This document shows, one piece after another, positions 1 through 12,012 of a DNA stretch of 64,000 nt (its first letter is position 1; each line of letters opens with the position of its first letter). This stretch comes from Phaeosaccion multiseriatum (Eukaryota > Protista > Ochrophyta, other classes). The stretch lies in assembly GCA_965112735.1 (NCBI GenBank), contig OZ218961.1:3269848-3333847 (forward strand), written 5' to 3'. The notes under the pieces are model-generated. The model was not told where the DNA came from and did no database searches. It saw only the letters and a list, made by a program, of their open reading frames with translations. Both the position numbers and the translations under genes were made by a program.

Positions 1-1
1 G

Positions 2-481
2 CTGAGGGAGATGAAGGAAGAAGGACCCGCTCCGGATGTAAGGAGCTACACCGCCGCGATTGATGCATGCGCCAAGGCCGGTCAGTACATGGAGGCGTTG
101 AGGTTGTTGAGGGAGATGAAGGAAGAAGGACTGGTTCCGGACTCAGTCACCTACACCGTCACCATTGACGCTTTGCAGGAAGGCGGCGACGAGGAGGCTG
201 CTGACGAGGTGTACGCAGAGGCCGTGTCGTGGGGGGTGTTCAAACATTGGGTGGGGCTGGGGACGGACGTGGAGTTAAGACGCTTCGGCATGGGAGTGGG
301 CAAGGCAGCGCTTCGTCACGTGCATTCAGAGGCGAAGGTGGAGAGTGTGATCAACGTCATCACAGGCAGAGGAAGGCTGCCCGCGGTGCTGGCCTACTTG
401 CAGGAGAGAGCAGGAGTCGAAGTGTGGGAAGACAAACACCACCCCGGGAGAGTGGTGATGCGAGTCGCTGGTACGAAGTAG
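2..481 (+). CDS. C-terminal part of a pentatricopeptide-repeat protein with a Smr-like domain (5' end outside the window)
   Basis: PPR-type repeats (PDVRSYTAAIDACAKAGQYMEALRLLREM; PDSVTYTVTIDAL) followed by a Smr-like segment (VITGRG, HPGRVV); TAG at 479-481. Confidence 0.85.
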   Translation: MREMKEEGPAPDVRSYTAAIDACAKAGQYMEALRLLREMKEEGLVPDSVTYTVTIDALQEGGDEEAADEVYAEAVSWGVFKHWVGLGTDVELRRFGMGVGKAALRHVHSEAKVESVINVITGRGRLPAVLAYLQERAGVEVWEDKHHPGRVVMRVAGTK

Positions 482-1214
482 AATTAGAGGTCGTGGGTTT
501 GGAGGGCAAGGAGGCAATGAGAGCAGCCCTGAGACTAGCGGAGCGGGGAAGGGGATGAGCAGAGGCAGTGACAACAGCAGAGAGAAGCTGAGACAACTGA
601 CAACTCCACCGCAGCGCCTGCCCACCCCGGACGCATCACGGCACTTCACGGCCAAGTGTATTTTCCCATCGCAAGAAGGAGGTAGCGGCAAGAGCCAGGC
701 AGGTGGACAATCTTGCCCTGTTGCCTGTGGACGGCAGCTGGAGCTGAAGTTGGACGGACAAGAGGGGGTGGTGCTTCCCTGCCTTTATTGCCAGCAGGAG
801 CAGTTACGGCAGAGCTAGACGGGAATCGTTTCCCCAGCAGGGATAACAGAAGGAGCGAACCGTTCTGATGGACTTGGAACCCATTCTGTGGGTAGCGGGG
901 CTGACCTTGTAAGCTCCTCAGTCACCCGCTACAACCACCATCCGTGTGGGTACTCGTTGCAGTGTGTCGAAATCACGTCTCGAGCTTGTACGACCAACTC
1001 GTCCTCCTCAAGTGCTGTGTGTGGGGGGGAAGATGCTGCGGTACCATTTTATATATATTGTATACAATTGCGAGTGAGATTCGTTCTCGAGGGCTCTTAG
1101 AAACGAACCCGAACCCAAACCTCCCCGCCACGGGTGGCGGGGCTCCCACTCATGACCTACCCCTGCTTGTCTGCCTGTTTGCCTGCCCGATGTCCTGCTT
1201 ATCAACCATCTCTC

Positions 1215-1623
1215 TTATCTATTGGCCCTGGCCTGTATGTTGCTGGCGACGGCGCTACCGATGAGCAACTGGAGGGGGTGTATGATGAGCAGCGGGGTGG
1301 TGAGCAGGCCGAGGTGAGGGCTTCCCTCGAACATTGTGGTGAGGAGGGGGATGCCCAGCGCAAGTGTCTTATGAGAGCCCGCAAACAGCAGAGCGATGCG
1401 GTCCTCGCGGGCAAGCTGTGAAATGGGGGTGTAGGGTAGGGTATCGGAGGGTATCGGGCATACAAAGGGATAGGGGTGGTGAGCTGAGAGAGGGGCGATC
1501 CGGGCATATGGGGCACGGCTTGGCATCGATGGTCGGGAGTGTCCTCGCGTTGTGAGGGCAAGCCGTTACACGTGCAGCCCACCCCTTGGCCAAGACACGC
1601 CGAGACAGAGAGGGAGAGAGAGA

Positions 1624-1663
<40 letters not shown>

Positions 1664-3637
1664 ACCGAGAGACGGAGGGAGCCCCCCCCCCCCCCCCCTG
1701 CTGCTACACTTGCCTTGAGCTGCGGGATGCTCGTCAAGGCGTGCACGGCCCCCAGAGTGGCGAGGTGCAGCACAGGCAACAGCCCGAACATGAGCGCTAC
1801 TCCCTGCCCGGCCCCGCTCCCCGCCGCCACCGCCGCCCCGAAGCTGTCACAGAAGAAGTTAAAGGCGATGGCGATGAGGGTGAGCTCGTTCACTCGGCCG
1901 AACACCTTCTTGTGTCTCAAATAGCCCTCGCGGACTGGCCGCCACAGACGCAGCAGCTGCCCGAGGGAGAGGGGGAGCAGCACCTAAGGAGGAGGAGCGG
2001 CATGCGGTCATACGGGTAGAGGCGGGGAGAGGAGGAACAGTTTCAACGGAACAGAAAGTTTGGCATTACATTTCATTCCGTTTGATGTCAGAGGACAGAG
2101 AGTAGGAGAGCTCGGTCAGGAGAGGTCAGACAGACCTTCATGGCCAGTTTACGCACGACGGAGAGAAAGGGCAGCGTCATGCTCTCGCCCATGTACAGCA
2201 GGATGAGTGCGGGAGTGAACACCACGCCGAGCAGGTTTCCGAGGGTGGCCTGCAGCAGGGCCGCGGAGGTGTTGCCGCCCGCTGCCTGCGTCAGGATCAC
2301 GCACATGTTTAGAGTGGTGGGGAGGCTGGAGGGGAGGGGAGGGAGGGAGGGAGACACACACAAAGAGAGCGGGAGGGTGATGGGCCAGGTAGGCAGAAGG
2401 GGGGACGGCAGAAGTCCGTCAGGGGGTGGATCAATACACGCGAGGTAATCGCGGGGAGCAAGGAGCTTGAGCAGAAGCGCCCCCCGCCGGAGGCAGACAA
2501 ATGAAAAAAAAGCCTCAAATGCCTCTGTCCTTCCTCACCACATCTGCGCAGGGCCGCGCCGGTCCCAGCGGTTCAAGCGCCCCGCGTGATATTTGGACAG
2601 GCAAAAGGCGTGCCGCCGGGGGGGCGAGAGAGAGAGAGGGCGAAACGGGGGGCGAAGCGGCAGCAAGAGCAGCAAGCTCCCGTCAAGTTCTGTACATAAA
2701 ATGGCATTTGTTCGGCATATACACGTACGCACGCACCATGACGACGAGGCCCTTGAGCAGCGCTGGGTGAAAGAGAGCGGTGAGCTCCAGCGCCTTAGCC
2801 AGCCCCGCGCCCAGAAGGGGCAGAAAGCCGAACGTCATGGCCTGAGAGAGCACGTTCACCTTCAGGTTTCCGGCGGCGGCCGCGAGGTCTCGGCTGGTCA
2901 CGGACAGCCCCACCAAGAAGAAAATGAGGCGGACGCCTGCAGTGAGTGCAGTGCAGTGTAGTGCCGTGCAGCACAGCGCGGTCAAGGGGGGGGGGGGGGA
3001 GCAGCAGCCCGGCTTAGGACCAAACACACCAAAGCGTGGGGGAGTCAGAAAAAGGAGGCACACAAGCCACGCACGCACGCATGCACGCACCGAAGACGCC
3101 GACAGTGTACTCGGGTCTGAGAGGTCCCCCGGTGGCCCCAATGCCCGGCCTCAGCCGCGCCAGAGAGATGGCGCCCGCCATGACGAGGATGAAGAAGCGC
3201 TTGTCCACGAAGCTCCTGACGCGGGAGAGCAGCGCGGGCCGCCCGTCTGAGCCGTTGCTGCCCCCCCCCCCCCTTGCAGCTCCTCCGCGTATTCTCAGTG
3301 CGTCTTGGCGAAGTTTAAGAGCGTAAGGGGCTGCCTTCCGGGCCGTCGAAAGGGCAGCCTCACCACTGGGACCGCCCTCGCGTCCAGAGCAGCGCCATTT
3401 CCCCTCTTCCAGACTCGAAGGGCGGCTACCGCTGCGGCTACTGGTGGTAGCACCCCAACTACCCCGACTACAGCTGTTGTGGCTAATCCTGCCGCTACTG
3501 CTACTGCTCCTTCGCCCACGCAGAGCCGCGGTGGAAGTAGGAGGTGGCGCGCTCTGCGGGAATGCCATGCTGGTGCTGCTGGTACTGCTGCTGCTGCATA
3601 TCATGTACAACCCTATGCATAATCTCCGGTACCTCAT
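1215..3637 (-). CDS. Sodium/bile-acid symporter family protein (SLC10A7/BASS4-like), about 5 exons
   Basis: Exon peptides LPTTLNMCVILTQAAGGNTSAAL...LGNLLGVVFTP, LLPLSLGQLLR and SHKTLALGIPL...PLLIIHPLQLLIGS are typical of SBF-like transporters. The N-terminus from ATG 3637 resembles a signal peptide plus Ser-rich transit peptide; the start is tentative. Confidence 0.88.
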
Positions 3638-3774
3638 GTTCGCTGTGGAGTGCGCTTGATCTTTTCCCTCCTCCTGATCATCACCCCTGTGAATAATCCT
3701 AGCGTGTTGGTACACCACTGCCAACCGTTACCCCCCCCCACTCCATATTATTACAGCCAGGCGCAGCCAGCATC

Positions 3775-6723
3775 ATGGCGAGGGGCATAGTGAACCCGTA
3801 CGGAGGAGGAGGCGCGAGAGGTGGGCGGAGGGGAGGCAGCAGGGACCTCGAGGCTGGAGCGCTGTTGGGGGCCGAGTGCCCCTCTGTGGACTGCATCAAT
3901 GCCTGCCAGGTGGGGAGGAGGGGCACCTTCTTCAAGAGGCTCGTTCTGCTCGTGCTGCTGCTCACAGCCGTGGTGCTCCTTATGGGGGCACACACTGAGA
4001 TCGCTGATGTGCGCGTGGTGCCCAGCCCTATGCTCTCACGGCAGGAGGAGGAGGCAGGGGCGGCTGGAGTCGCCGTACTGCACCCTTCCGGGTTGGGGAT
4101 GAAGGCGCCTACAGATGCGCAGTCTTCTGGCGCCAGACAGCGGGCGAAGGAGAGCTTCGAGCAGATCACTGAGCCGGCGCACGCACACTTGGAGGAGAGG
4201 GAGGCAGACAGGAAGCTCAACATGGACAAGGACAGCAACGCCGAGGAGAGCCTGCTGCAAAGGCAAAGAGAGGAGGAAGCCGAGGCTATGCAGGAGCATG
4301 AAAAGATGCAAGCTCAAGAGCGCATGGAAGCCGAGAAGCAGGCACTGATTGAGCACGCGGAAGCAGTGAAAGCAGCAGCAGAGCAGGACGAGCAGCAGCT
4401 GCGACAGGCACAGGAGGCCGAGGTGCAGGCGCAATCTCAAAGGGAGAGGGAGGAGGAGGAGCAAAAGCAGGAGCAGCAGCAGGCAGAAATGGTTCGGAGG
4501 AAGAAGCAGAAGGCAGAGGAGGAAGAGGAGGAGGAAAAGGGGCGCCAAGAGGCAGAGAAGCGCCGACAGAAGCAGAAGGAAGAGGCCAAGGCGGAGCTGG
4601 AGGCAGAGGCATCACGCGCCCTGGCAGAGCGTGAGCAGCGCAAGAGGGACGAGGAACAGCAGCAGGAGCAGGCCCGGAAGGCCGTGGAGGTGGCCCTCGC
4701 CGCGGCAGCAGCTCAAGAGGCCGCAAAAGAATCGGCAGAGGTGGCTCCACCGCAGAGAGAGGAGGAAGAAGCACAAGCACCACCGAGCCCCCCCTCACCA
4801 CAGCCAGAGGTCAGCGGCAGCAGTGAGTCCATGCCCTCAGCCCTGTCCTCGGGCTTGTCCTCGGCTCTGGCGGGCAAGTTGGCGCTGTGGCTGAGGGCCG
4901 ACGAAGGAGTGGAGGCGGACCCCTCCACCGGCGCTGTACTGCGCTGGAGAGACATGTCGGGCCGGGGCAGGCACTTCTCGCCCCCTGCCAGTACGGCGCT
5001 CAGAGCACAGGGCCTCTCCAAGCTCGCAGACGAGGTCAGAGACTTTCGGGACGAGCACGGGGTGCCCGCCATTGGAGAAGGGCTGCCCCCCGGGGTCAAG
5101 TCGCTCCTGGCCGAGCTGGTCACGCAGGGCAAGGCCCAAGGCGGGCAGGTCCCGGGGGGGGTGGCGGAGGGGCCCCTCTTGGAGGATATGGGCAGGGTGG
5201 CCCCGGGGGGGAGGCGCCGACTGCCGCTGGTGCGCTTCCCCGGGGGGCCGCTGGTGTGCTCCGACGCCTCTCTCGTGCTGCAGAGGGACGGAATGACGCT
5301 CTTCTTCGCGCTGGCACCCCACCTCCTCGCAGACGGGGACCACGCCCCCGGCCAGCGCTTCTTCGGTACGTACCCGAGTGGGCAGTTTCGCTTCCGAGAC
5401 GGGCTACCCGGTCTCAAGCTCGGCAAGCAAGACTACACGCTGCCTGCCACGGCCCGAGCAGAGGAGGGAGGGCTCCGAGCCGAGATGGAGGTGCGCCACG
5501 GAAGGCACATGCACGACGAGGCCGTCTTCTCACAACTGGCGTACCGCCTGGACGCACAAGGCGTGCACATGTCCAGAGACGGCGCGGCGTGGCAGGAGGC
5601 GTTGTCGAGGATGGGGCAGGCGGCACCCCCTCTCTCGGCCTCCGGCGGCGGCGGTAACGGCGGTGGGGGCTTCTCAGAGCGTGTGGCCGTCGTGCTCGGG
5701 GGTGCGCAGATCAGCGGGGGGGGCTTCCTGGGGGATGTGGGGGAGGTGCTCGTGTTCGACTCCGCGCTCCCAGATGGCGATGCTCGGGCGGTACAGGCCT
5801 ACCTCGCGGACAAGTGGGGGACCACCCTACAGGGCGGAGCGTGGCATGGGGCAGGGGGAGGGGAGGAGGAGGGGAAGGAGAAGAGGGGGGTGAGGGAGGT
5901 GGGAGAGGCTGCTGCTTTGGCTCTAGGGGGGGCACAAGAGGGACAGGAGGTCCAGGAGCAAGCACGGAGGAAGGAACAGGAGGGCCCAGGGGTGGACGCC
6001 GAGGTGCCCCTTGGGATTGGCGGGGGGAAGCACGACAAGGTAGCAGCCCCCGGGGTGGCAGAGGGTGTCCGAGTCGGGGAGGAGGCGGACGAGGCGGAGA
6101 TTCACCTGAGCAGGAGGGAGAAGCAATACCTGCGGCAGCAGAAGGCCAAGGACGAGCAGAAGAAGCAGACCCAGCAGCAGCGGGAGGAACACGAGGCGAG
6201 GGAGGAGGAGGACAAGAAGCGGCGAGCGCGAGAAGAAGAGGAGGAGCGGCGGCAGCACCAAGAGAGCGAGGCCTTGGACAAGAAGGAGCGAAAGAAGAAG
6301 GGGCAGGGCAACAAGAACAAGCCCGATGTGCCCCCTTCCAAGCACCACATAGGCTCACCAGACGCCCGGCACCGGCACCAGGGCGCAGCAGGGGCAGCAG
6401 GGGCAGCAGGAGGAGCGAAAGCACACGACAGCGACGCCTCGAACCCTGCACCCCCACTCCCCGCAGACAAAGTGGAGGCAGCCGCAGCAGTTGGTGATAC
6501 AGCGGGCGAGGAGGGAGGGTGCGTGGTGGACGACGATGCCCGCGTGGAGAACTGGAAGCCACCCCCTGGCGCCGCCCTTCGGCCCAAGCTGCAGTGGACA
6601 GACGAGCAGGCCGCCTCCATGGGGCGCATCCGGGCCTTCGAGAAGGGCGGCAAGCAGCTCAAGGACCTCATCCACGCTGAAGTCACGCGTCTCAAGATAC
6701 TTCGGCACGACCTCTTCTGCTAA
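3775..6723 (+). CDS. Intronless type II membrane protein with coiled coil and LamG/concanavalin-A-like domain
   Basis: 982-aa ORF with an N-terminal TM helix (LVLLVLLLTAVVLLMG), an E/Q/K-rich coil and LamG-like motifs LWLRAD, WRDMSGRGRH and GDVGEVLVFDSAL...VQAYLADKW. Confidence 0.75.
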   Translation: MARGIVNPYGGGGARGGRRGGSRDLEAGALLGAECPSVDCINACQVGRRGTFFKRLVLLVLLLTAVVLLMGAHTEIADVRVVPSPMLSRQEEEAGAAGVAVLHPSGLGMKAPTDAQSSGARQRAKESFEQITEPAHAHLEEREADRKLNMDKDSNAEESLLQRQREEEAEAMQEHEKMQAQERMEAEKQALIEHAEAVKAAAEQDEQQLRQAQEAEVQAQSQREREEEEQKQEQQQAEMVRRKKQKAEEEEEEEKGRQEAEKRRQKQKEEAKAELEAEASRALAEREQRKRDEEQQQEQARKAVEVALAAAAAQEAAKESAEVAPPQREEEEAQAPPSPPSPQPEVSGSSESMPSALSSGLSSALAGKLALWLRADEGVEADPSTGAVLRWRDMSGRGRHFSPPASTALRAQGLSKLADEVRDFRDEHGVPAIGEGLPPGVKSLLAELVTQGKAQGGQVPGGVAEGPLLEDMGRVAPGGRRRLPLVRFPGGPLVCSDASLVLQRDGMTLFFALAPHLLADGDHAPGQRFFGTYPSGQFRFRDGLPGLKLGKQDYTLPATARAEEGGLRAEMEVRHGRHMHDEAVFSQLAYRLDAQGVHMSRDGAAWQEALSRMGQAAPPLSASGGGGNGGGGFSERVAVVLGGAQISGGGFLGDVGEVLVFDSALPDGDARAVQAYLADKWGTTLQGGAWHGAGGGEEEGKEKRGVREVGEAAALALGGAQEGQEVQEQARRKEQEGPGVDAEVPLGIGGGKHDKVAAPGVAEGVRVGEEADEAEIHLSRREKQYLRQQKAKDEQKKQTQQQREEHEAREEEDKKRRAREEEEERRQHQESEALDKKERKKKGQGNKNKPDVPPSKHHIGSPDARHRHQGAAGAAGAAGGAKAHDSDASNPAPPLPADKVEAAAAVGDTAGEEGGCVVDDDARVENWKPPPGAALRPKLQWTDEQAASMGRIRAFEKGGKQLKDLIHAEVTRLKILRHDLFC

Positions 6724-7608
6724 AGGAGGGAGCAAGTCCTGAAGGGGCTCTGGGCACCTGCTTCATCAGGCACGGCCTCTTTGCTTCTGCTGAGGGAGGG
6801 CCTTCCTTGTTGTGAGGCAGGGGGGCGGGCGCAGTGCGCTTGGGGGGGGGATGGAAGGGCACCTGTCCAGCCCCCTTCCTCTCCTTCCTCTCCTCTCCTG
6901 TCCTGGCTGCTGAAGCTGCTACCTCCCGTGCCGCTTGGCACAGCTTCAGGAGCCGCAGCCTCAGACCTCAGCCCACAGTCTCACAGTCGCCTTCACGCAC
7001 TCACTCACAGCTGCACCAACAGCCTCGGCAGGGGGGACCGTCAGACGCAACAACAGAGACACAGAGTCACAGATGGCTGCTTCCAAGAGAGTCTCCGTGA
7101 CGAGGTGCCCACACGGGGGAAGGGCAAGTGCCGACCAGTCAGTCAGTCAGTCAGTCAGTCAGACAGGCAAATGGGCAGTCAGTCGGGCAGCTCTGCAGCA
7201 CTCCCTTCGAGGGGCGTAACGGACTGGATGGATGCTGAGCGACTATCCAAACAGAGCGGCCTCTGTTGGACACGTCAGCACCATCTGCTGCCATCCCCTC
7301 GTCAGCACCAGCACGTACAAGAAGAGAGACACACAAGCGAAGTAAAGTCATCTGTGACTGCGACCTGTCACAAGCGAAGTCATCTGTGACTGCGGCCTGT
7401 CACAAGCGACGAAACGGTGAAACGGTGGTCCGGTGATGCCAGCCAGCCCGGCGGTCCATTCGCCCGCATCGCTGGTGGCAAGTGGGGTGTGCAGAGCTCT
7501 TCAGCTCTTCTCAGCAATGCAATGGGGCGGGCGAGGCCGTGCGCCACACGCCGACACGGCGGAGCGTCGACAGAGCACCACAGACAAAGAAGCATGGCAA
7601 GAGGCAAG

Positions 7609-7707
7609 AGGCTCAAGGCTCAAGGCTCAAGGCTCAAGGCTCAAGGCTCAAGGCTCAAGGCTCAAGGCTCAAGGCTCAAGGCTCAAGGTTCAAGACTCAA
7701 GACTCAA
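7609..7707 (+). repeat. (GGCTCAA)n heptanucleotide tandem repeat, about 13-14 copies
   Basis: Seen directly; the last copies are degenerate (GGTTCAA, GACTCAA). Confidence 0.95.
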
Positions 7708-8816
7708 GGAAGGACAGGGCAGAACATGTCTCTTTGGGTGGACATTTACGGACTTGGGGGTGGAGTGGTGCCGTTATTGCGGGTCATTCCCCTCCCCTTT
7801 CAAGTACATCTACAACTAATGCACAACAACACGGGAAAGAGGGTCCGCCCGTCCGTCCAGCCCAATCGCCAGCGTCAGCTCTGCTCCGGCGCCTCCCCAT
7901 TGCGCCACAGCTCCTCACGGAGTCTGTTTCTGTCCTGGCGTAGCGGTGCTGTCTGGTGTCTGGTGCTGGTGTGTGGTATCCTCCATATGCCTCTGCTTCT
8001 CCCCATATGTATGCTCTGCTGCTTGTAACCGATGCCAGCGCCCCCAACCTCGCTGCCTCACGAAAGGCTCTGAATAGACTTCATGGACTCCAGCCCACAG
8101 CACATCCCTCCACGCCCATCCACTGCCATCCACTGGCAGCGCTGTCCTGCACTGCTGGAGATCTCTGAGCGAGGCGCTGCGAAGAGTCATGGGCCCCAAT
8201 GGATAGCAAGCGCAAGCGCAAATTCCCTCCGGCAAAGTCTGCCGCACACGGCGAAGACCAGCCGCATGCTGTGCGATTGCGCTCTACTGTATCCGGGCCG
8301 AGAGGCAGCCACATGGGCAGGAATACGGGCAGGCACGCAGACACATAGGCAGGCAGGCACACCACAAGAAGGCAGCAGAGCCCATGCTGCAGCAGAGCCG
8401 CCTCCCCCTTCCCCTCCCTCCAGCTTGGCAGTCAGAGCTCCTCCAGCTTGGCAGTCAGAGCTCGTCGTGTGAGCGAGCGCTGTGTGCGAGGCTCGTCAGC
8501 GGTCGTCGCCAACACGGGGAGGCGCGTCGAAGCCCTCCCCCCTCCCCCCCCCTGGGCTTGAATGGGGGCACTGCCCTGCGCTGCAAAGTCTCAAAAGTCC
8601 GGTCCAAGTCGTCCTTTGCAGTGACGAGGACACGGGCCGTTCGTGCCTCGACAGCGCTCGGCAGCAAACCCCAAGCCGGCAGCGAAGAAAGCACAACAGC
8701 ACAACAGCAGCACAGCAGCAGACGGCTCCCTCTCCATCTCCATCTCTCTTTTCAGGCCCCTTGGCAGCAGCACAGCAGCCCGGAGAGATCATGAGGAGCA
8801 CAGACCTTGGCGAGCA

Positions 8817-9998
8817 TTACAGCATGCCGAAGAGGGGAACACGCGCCCACACCACGTACAGCACGGTGAGGAAGAAGAGGCCCGTAGAGGCGTACATAGT
8901 AAGCACGTCAAGCGCGTCTGACACCTTGAGCCGCCGCAGAGCGCCCCCCGCGCCCTTCACCACGCCCCCTAGGCTGACATGCTCCTCCAGTGTACGCGTG
9001 AGGATGGAGTCCTGCTCCTGTAGGGTGCCCGACACGAGCGACACGCGCTCAAGCTGCTCAGCCATCATACGCCGCGTGCGTCCCAGGCTCGCCGTAATCT
9101 CCGCAGCCTGCCTCTGCTGCTGCTGTTGCCCCTGCCCCTGTCCCTGCTGTCCTGGTTGCTGGTTTCCCCCTGCCGCCCGACCCGCCACCCGCAGCCGGAG
9201 GAGCTCCTGCCGTGCGTCGGCCGCATCTGGCTGATGCTTGTGACTGTGCAAGGCCATGATGCGGCGCCGTATGTCCCTCTGCACACTTGTGGCTGTGGTC
9301 TGCAGGTGCTGCAGCTGACTCCTCTGCAGAGCTCGGGCCCTGGCGCTTCCTGCGTGCTCCGCCTCCAGCTCGGCCTCTGTCAGGGCGGCCTTGAGTGAGC
9401 TCACCGACCTGATGAGGGAGCGGTTGTGCGCCTGAGCGGCGCGCATCGTGAGGGGGGGAGGGGTGGGATGAGAGAAAAAGAGGGTAAGGAAGAGAGAGAG
9501 ATGTAAAGGAGGAGACAAAGACGGAGAGCGTGAGGAGAGGAAGGGAGAGGGAGGGAGAGGGAGAGAGCGAGAGGGAGAGGGAGGGAGGGATGGAGAGAGC
9601 AGAGAGAGGGAGAAAAGAGAGAAAGGGGTCGATAAGAGAGAGGGAGAGAGTGACACGAGGGAGAGAGAGAGAGGGAGGGAAAGAGGCGAAAGAGGGAGAG
9701 GGAGAGGGAGAGAGAGAGAGAGACGATAAGAGGGAGAGGGAGAGAGAAGAGAGAGACAGAGGCAAAGAAGGGGAGAGAAGAGAGAGAAAGAGGCAAAGAA
9801 GAGAGACATGGAGAGGGAGAGGGGGAGAGAGAGAGAGGCAAAGAAGAAAGACATGGATGGACTCCCTTTTTATTTGTTGCTCACCTCGATGCTGACCGTC
9901 CTGGAGTGCGGTTGCTGCTGCAGCTGCCGCTGAAGCTGCTGCAGTTCACTCAACAAGCGCTCTGATCTCCTCAGCGCGGGCGGAGAGGAGGCCGACAT
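8817..9998 (-). CDS. SEC20: Sec20/BNIP1-like ER SNARE, 2 exons (9998-9885, 9431-8817)
   Basis: ATG 9998, GAG|GTGAGC donor, a (CT)-rich intron and a CTCAG| acceptor. SNARE helix EITASLGRTRRMMAEQLERV...TLQEQ and C-terminal TM GLFFLTVLYVVWAR. Confidence 0.75.
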
Positions 9999-10366
9999 GC
10001 CCCTGCCTCGAAATCAATGAGAAATGAAGTTGCTTTTTTTCGGTTTCCCCTTCAGTCGTGTTTCGCTACCTTGGGGCGGTTCGGTTCACACTCTATTACG
10101 GCATTCTTTCATTCTTTCCTTCTCCTACATATCTCTCTCTGAAGTGGACGTGTATCGGTCAGTCAGGAGTGGAAGGAAAGTAGGGGATTGGGCCTATTGA
10201 TTAAGAAGAAGCTTTGGCCATGTATGATTGGGTGAGGTATTTGCACCGAGTGGGAAGGGGAAGGAAGTAATCAGGCGTTGTAGCGAGATCGGCTGCATCT
10301 TCTACTGCGCTGCGGCGACTTGTTCGCCGGGTGTGCAGCAGCAAGACGGCACCCTGGTGGGAGACG

Positions 10367-11869
10367 ATGGCCGAGCTGCTGGAGAAGCAGCAGAGGGGGC
10401 AGAGGCAGCGAGCCCCCGTGGGAGCGGCCGACAAGGTGAGGCATTGGAGAGGGATGGGGCGTCTTGGCCTTTCTTGCTGCGCCTGGCTGCTTCGTGGTTG
10501 TCCTGGCTGCGGGCTGGCTGTTGGCTTGTGTTGGCTTGCTGTGCCCGAGACCTCCGAGCACCAGAAGGAACAAAGCGAAGGAAGGGGGGGGGGCGGCGGG
10601 AGGAGAGAGGTAGAGGGGACACGTCCCTTCGGCCACTGTCTGGGGACGGGACCACCCTTGTGTCCCTCTGTGTGAACAGACCGCTCTCCTCTGTCGCCTC
10701 GTCATTCTACACGGAAGGCCTCTGCCCCCCCCCCCTCTCAACCCCCCCCCCCTCCTCACAATCCTCACCCTCCACAGTTCGACAGCACGGTGGAGGCTCA
10801 GGCGGGCCTCTGGATTGAGAGCGTGACAGGAGAGCCCTTCCCCCCTCACAGCACCTACACCTTTGCCAGACACCTCAAGAGCGGCGTGGTGCTGTGTCGC
10901 CTTGCCAACAAGCTCCGCCCCGGCTGCGTGCAAGAGGTGAGAAAGAGAGGCGAGGCGAGGCGAGCTTTGCCCAAGGCAGTCTGCCCCACTGCAGCTGAGA
11001 GAGGGTGGATGGCAGTGGATGGCGGTGGTGTTCTTGTGGGTGTGTTGGTGCTTACCCTGTGTGTGCGCCCAACCGGCCCCTCTGCCTTTGCCTCTGTGCG
11101 ATCGGTGTGCAGATTCACGAGTCCCCCCTGGGCTATCTGCAGATGCAGAACATCTCTAACTTCCGCTGCGCGGCGCTGCAGCTCGGAGTGGGCAGAATGG
11201 CCCTCTTCCACATGGAGGAACTCTTCGAGATGAAGGTGAGTGAGTGGGCCGTGGAGTGCCATCTTTTATGCATGTATGGTAGGCCGGAACACGTGGAAGG
11301 GGGCTGTTCCTACGCTAACTTTTCTGTAACTGTCACCTCCCTCCCTCCTCCCCCCCCAGGATCTCTTCGCCGTGGCGACGTGCGTGTGTGCCTTGGCCCG
11401 TGCCGTGGAGCGCTCCTGCCCGACCTTCCAGGGGCCATTCCTGCCTGCAGCCGCTGAAGTGGCGGCCAAGGAGCAGCAGTTGGTGATACAGAGGCAAGGT
11501 GGGCAGCGAGACGGAGAAGAGGACGTCGGCATGGTCTCTGACGAGGGAACAGAGGGGGCAGAGGGGGCAGAGGGGGCAGAGGGCGCCGCTGACAGGAAAG
11601 ACTCTGCTCTCGCCATGACCTTGGCCATGGAGGGGGATGAGGGGGAGGAGGGGGAGGGCGACGAGGGGGAGGGGGAGGGGGAAGGGGAGCAAGAGCACAG
11701 GCAGGAGGGGCGTCCCACCCTCGACATGACCATGATCGCGGAGGGGGGGCTCGCGGGGGAGGGCATGGAGCCCGTCAAGGTGAGAACACAGGCTGAGGGA
11801 GGCAGGAAGCGGAAACTCGCAACTGCCCGCGTGGGGCCATGGGATGGGCGGCGCAGTAGAAAAGTATAG
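10367..11869 (+). CDS. Calponin-homology (transgelin/calponin-like) protein, 4 exons (10367-10435, 10778-10936, 11113-11235, 11360-11869)
   Basis: WIESVTGE...LKSGVVLCRLANKLRPG, QMQNISNF...LGV...LF, DLFAVATCVCAL; canonical GT-AG junctions; acidic tail with basic terminus. Confidence 0.85.
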
Positions 11870-11894
11870 AAGCTCCCCAATGTCATTCTTCTCC

Positions 11895-12012
11895 ACGGAC
11901 GGCCATATCACATCGAGAATACCCGAACCCGTCCGATCTCGGAAGTCAAGCGATGTCGAGCCGATTTAGTACTACGGTGGGGGACCACGTGGGAATCGTC
12001 GGTGCTGTCTGT
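11895..12012 (+). rRNA. 5S ribosomal RNA gene (single copy)
   Basis: 118 nt. The 5' ACGGACGGC pairs with the 3' GCTGTCTGT, and the conserved CCCGTCCGATCTCGGAAGTCAAGC and TTAGTACTACGGTGGGGGACCACGTGGGAA segments are present. Confidence 0.95.
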
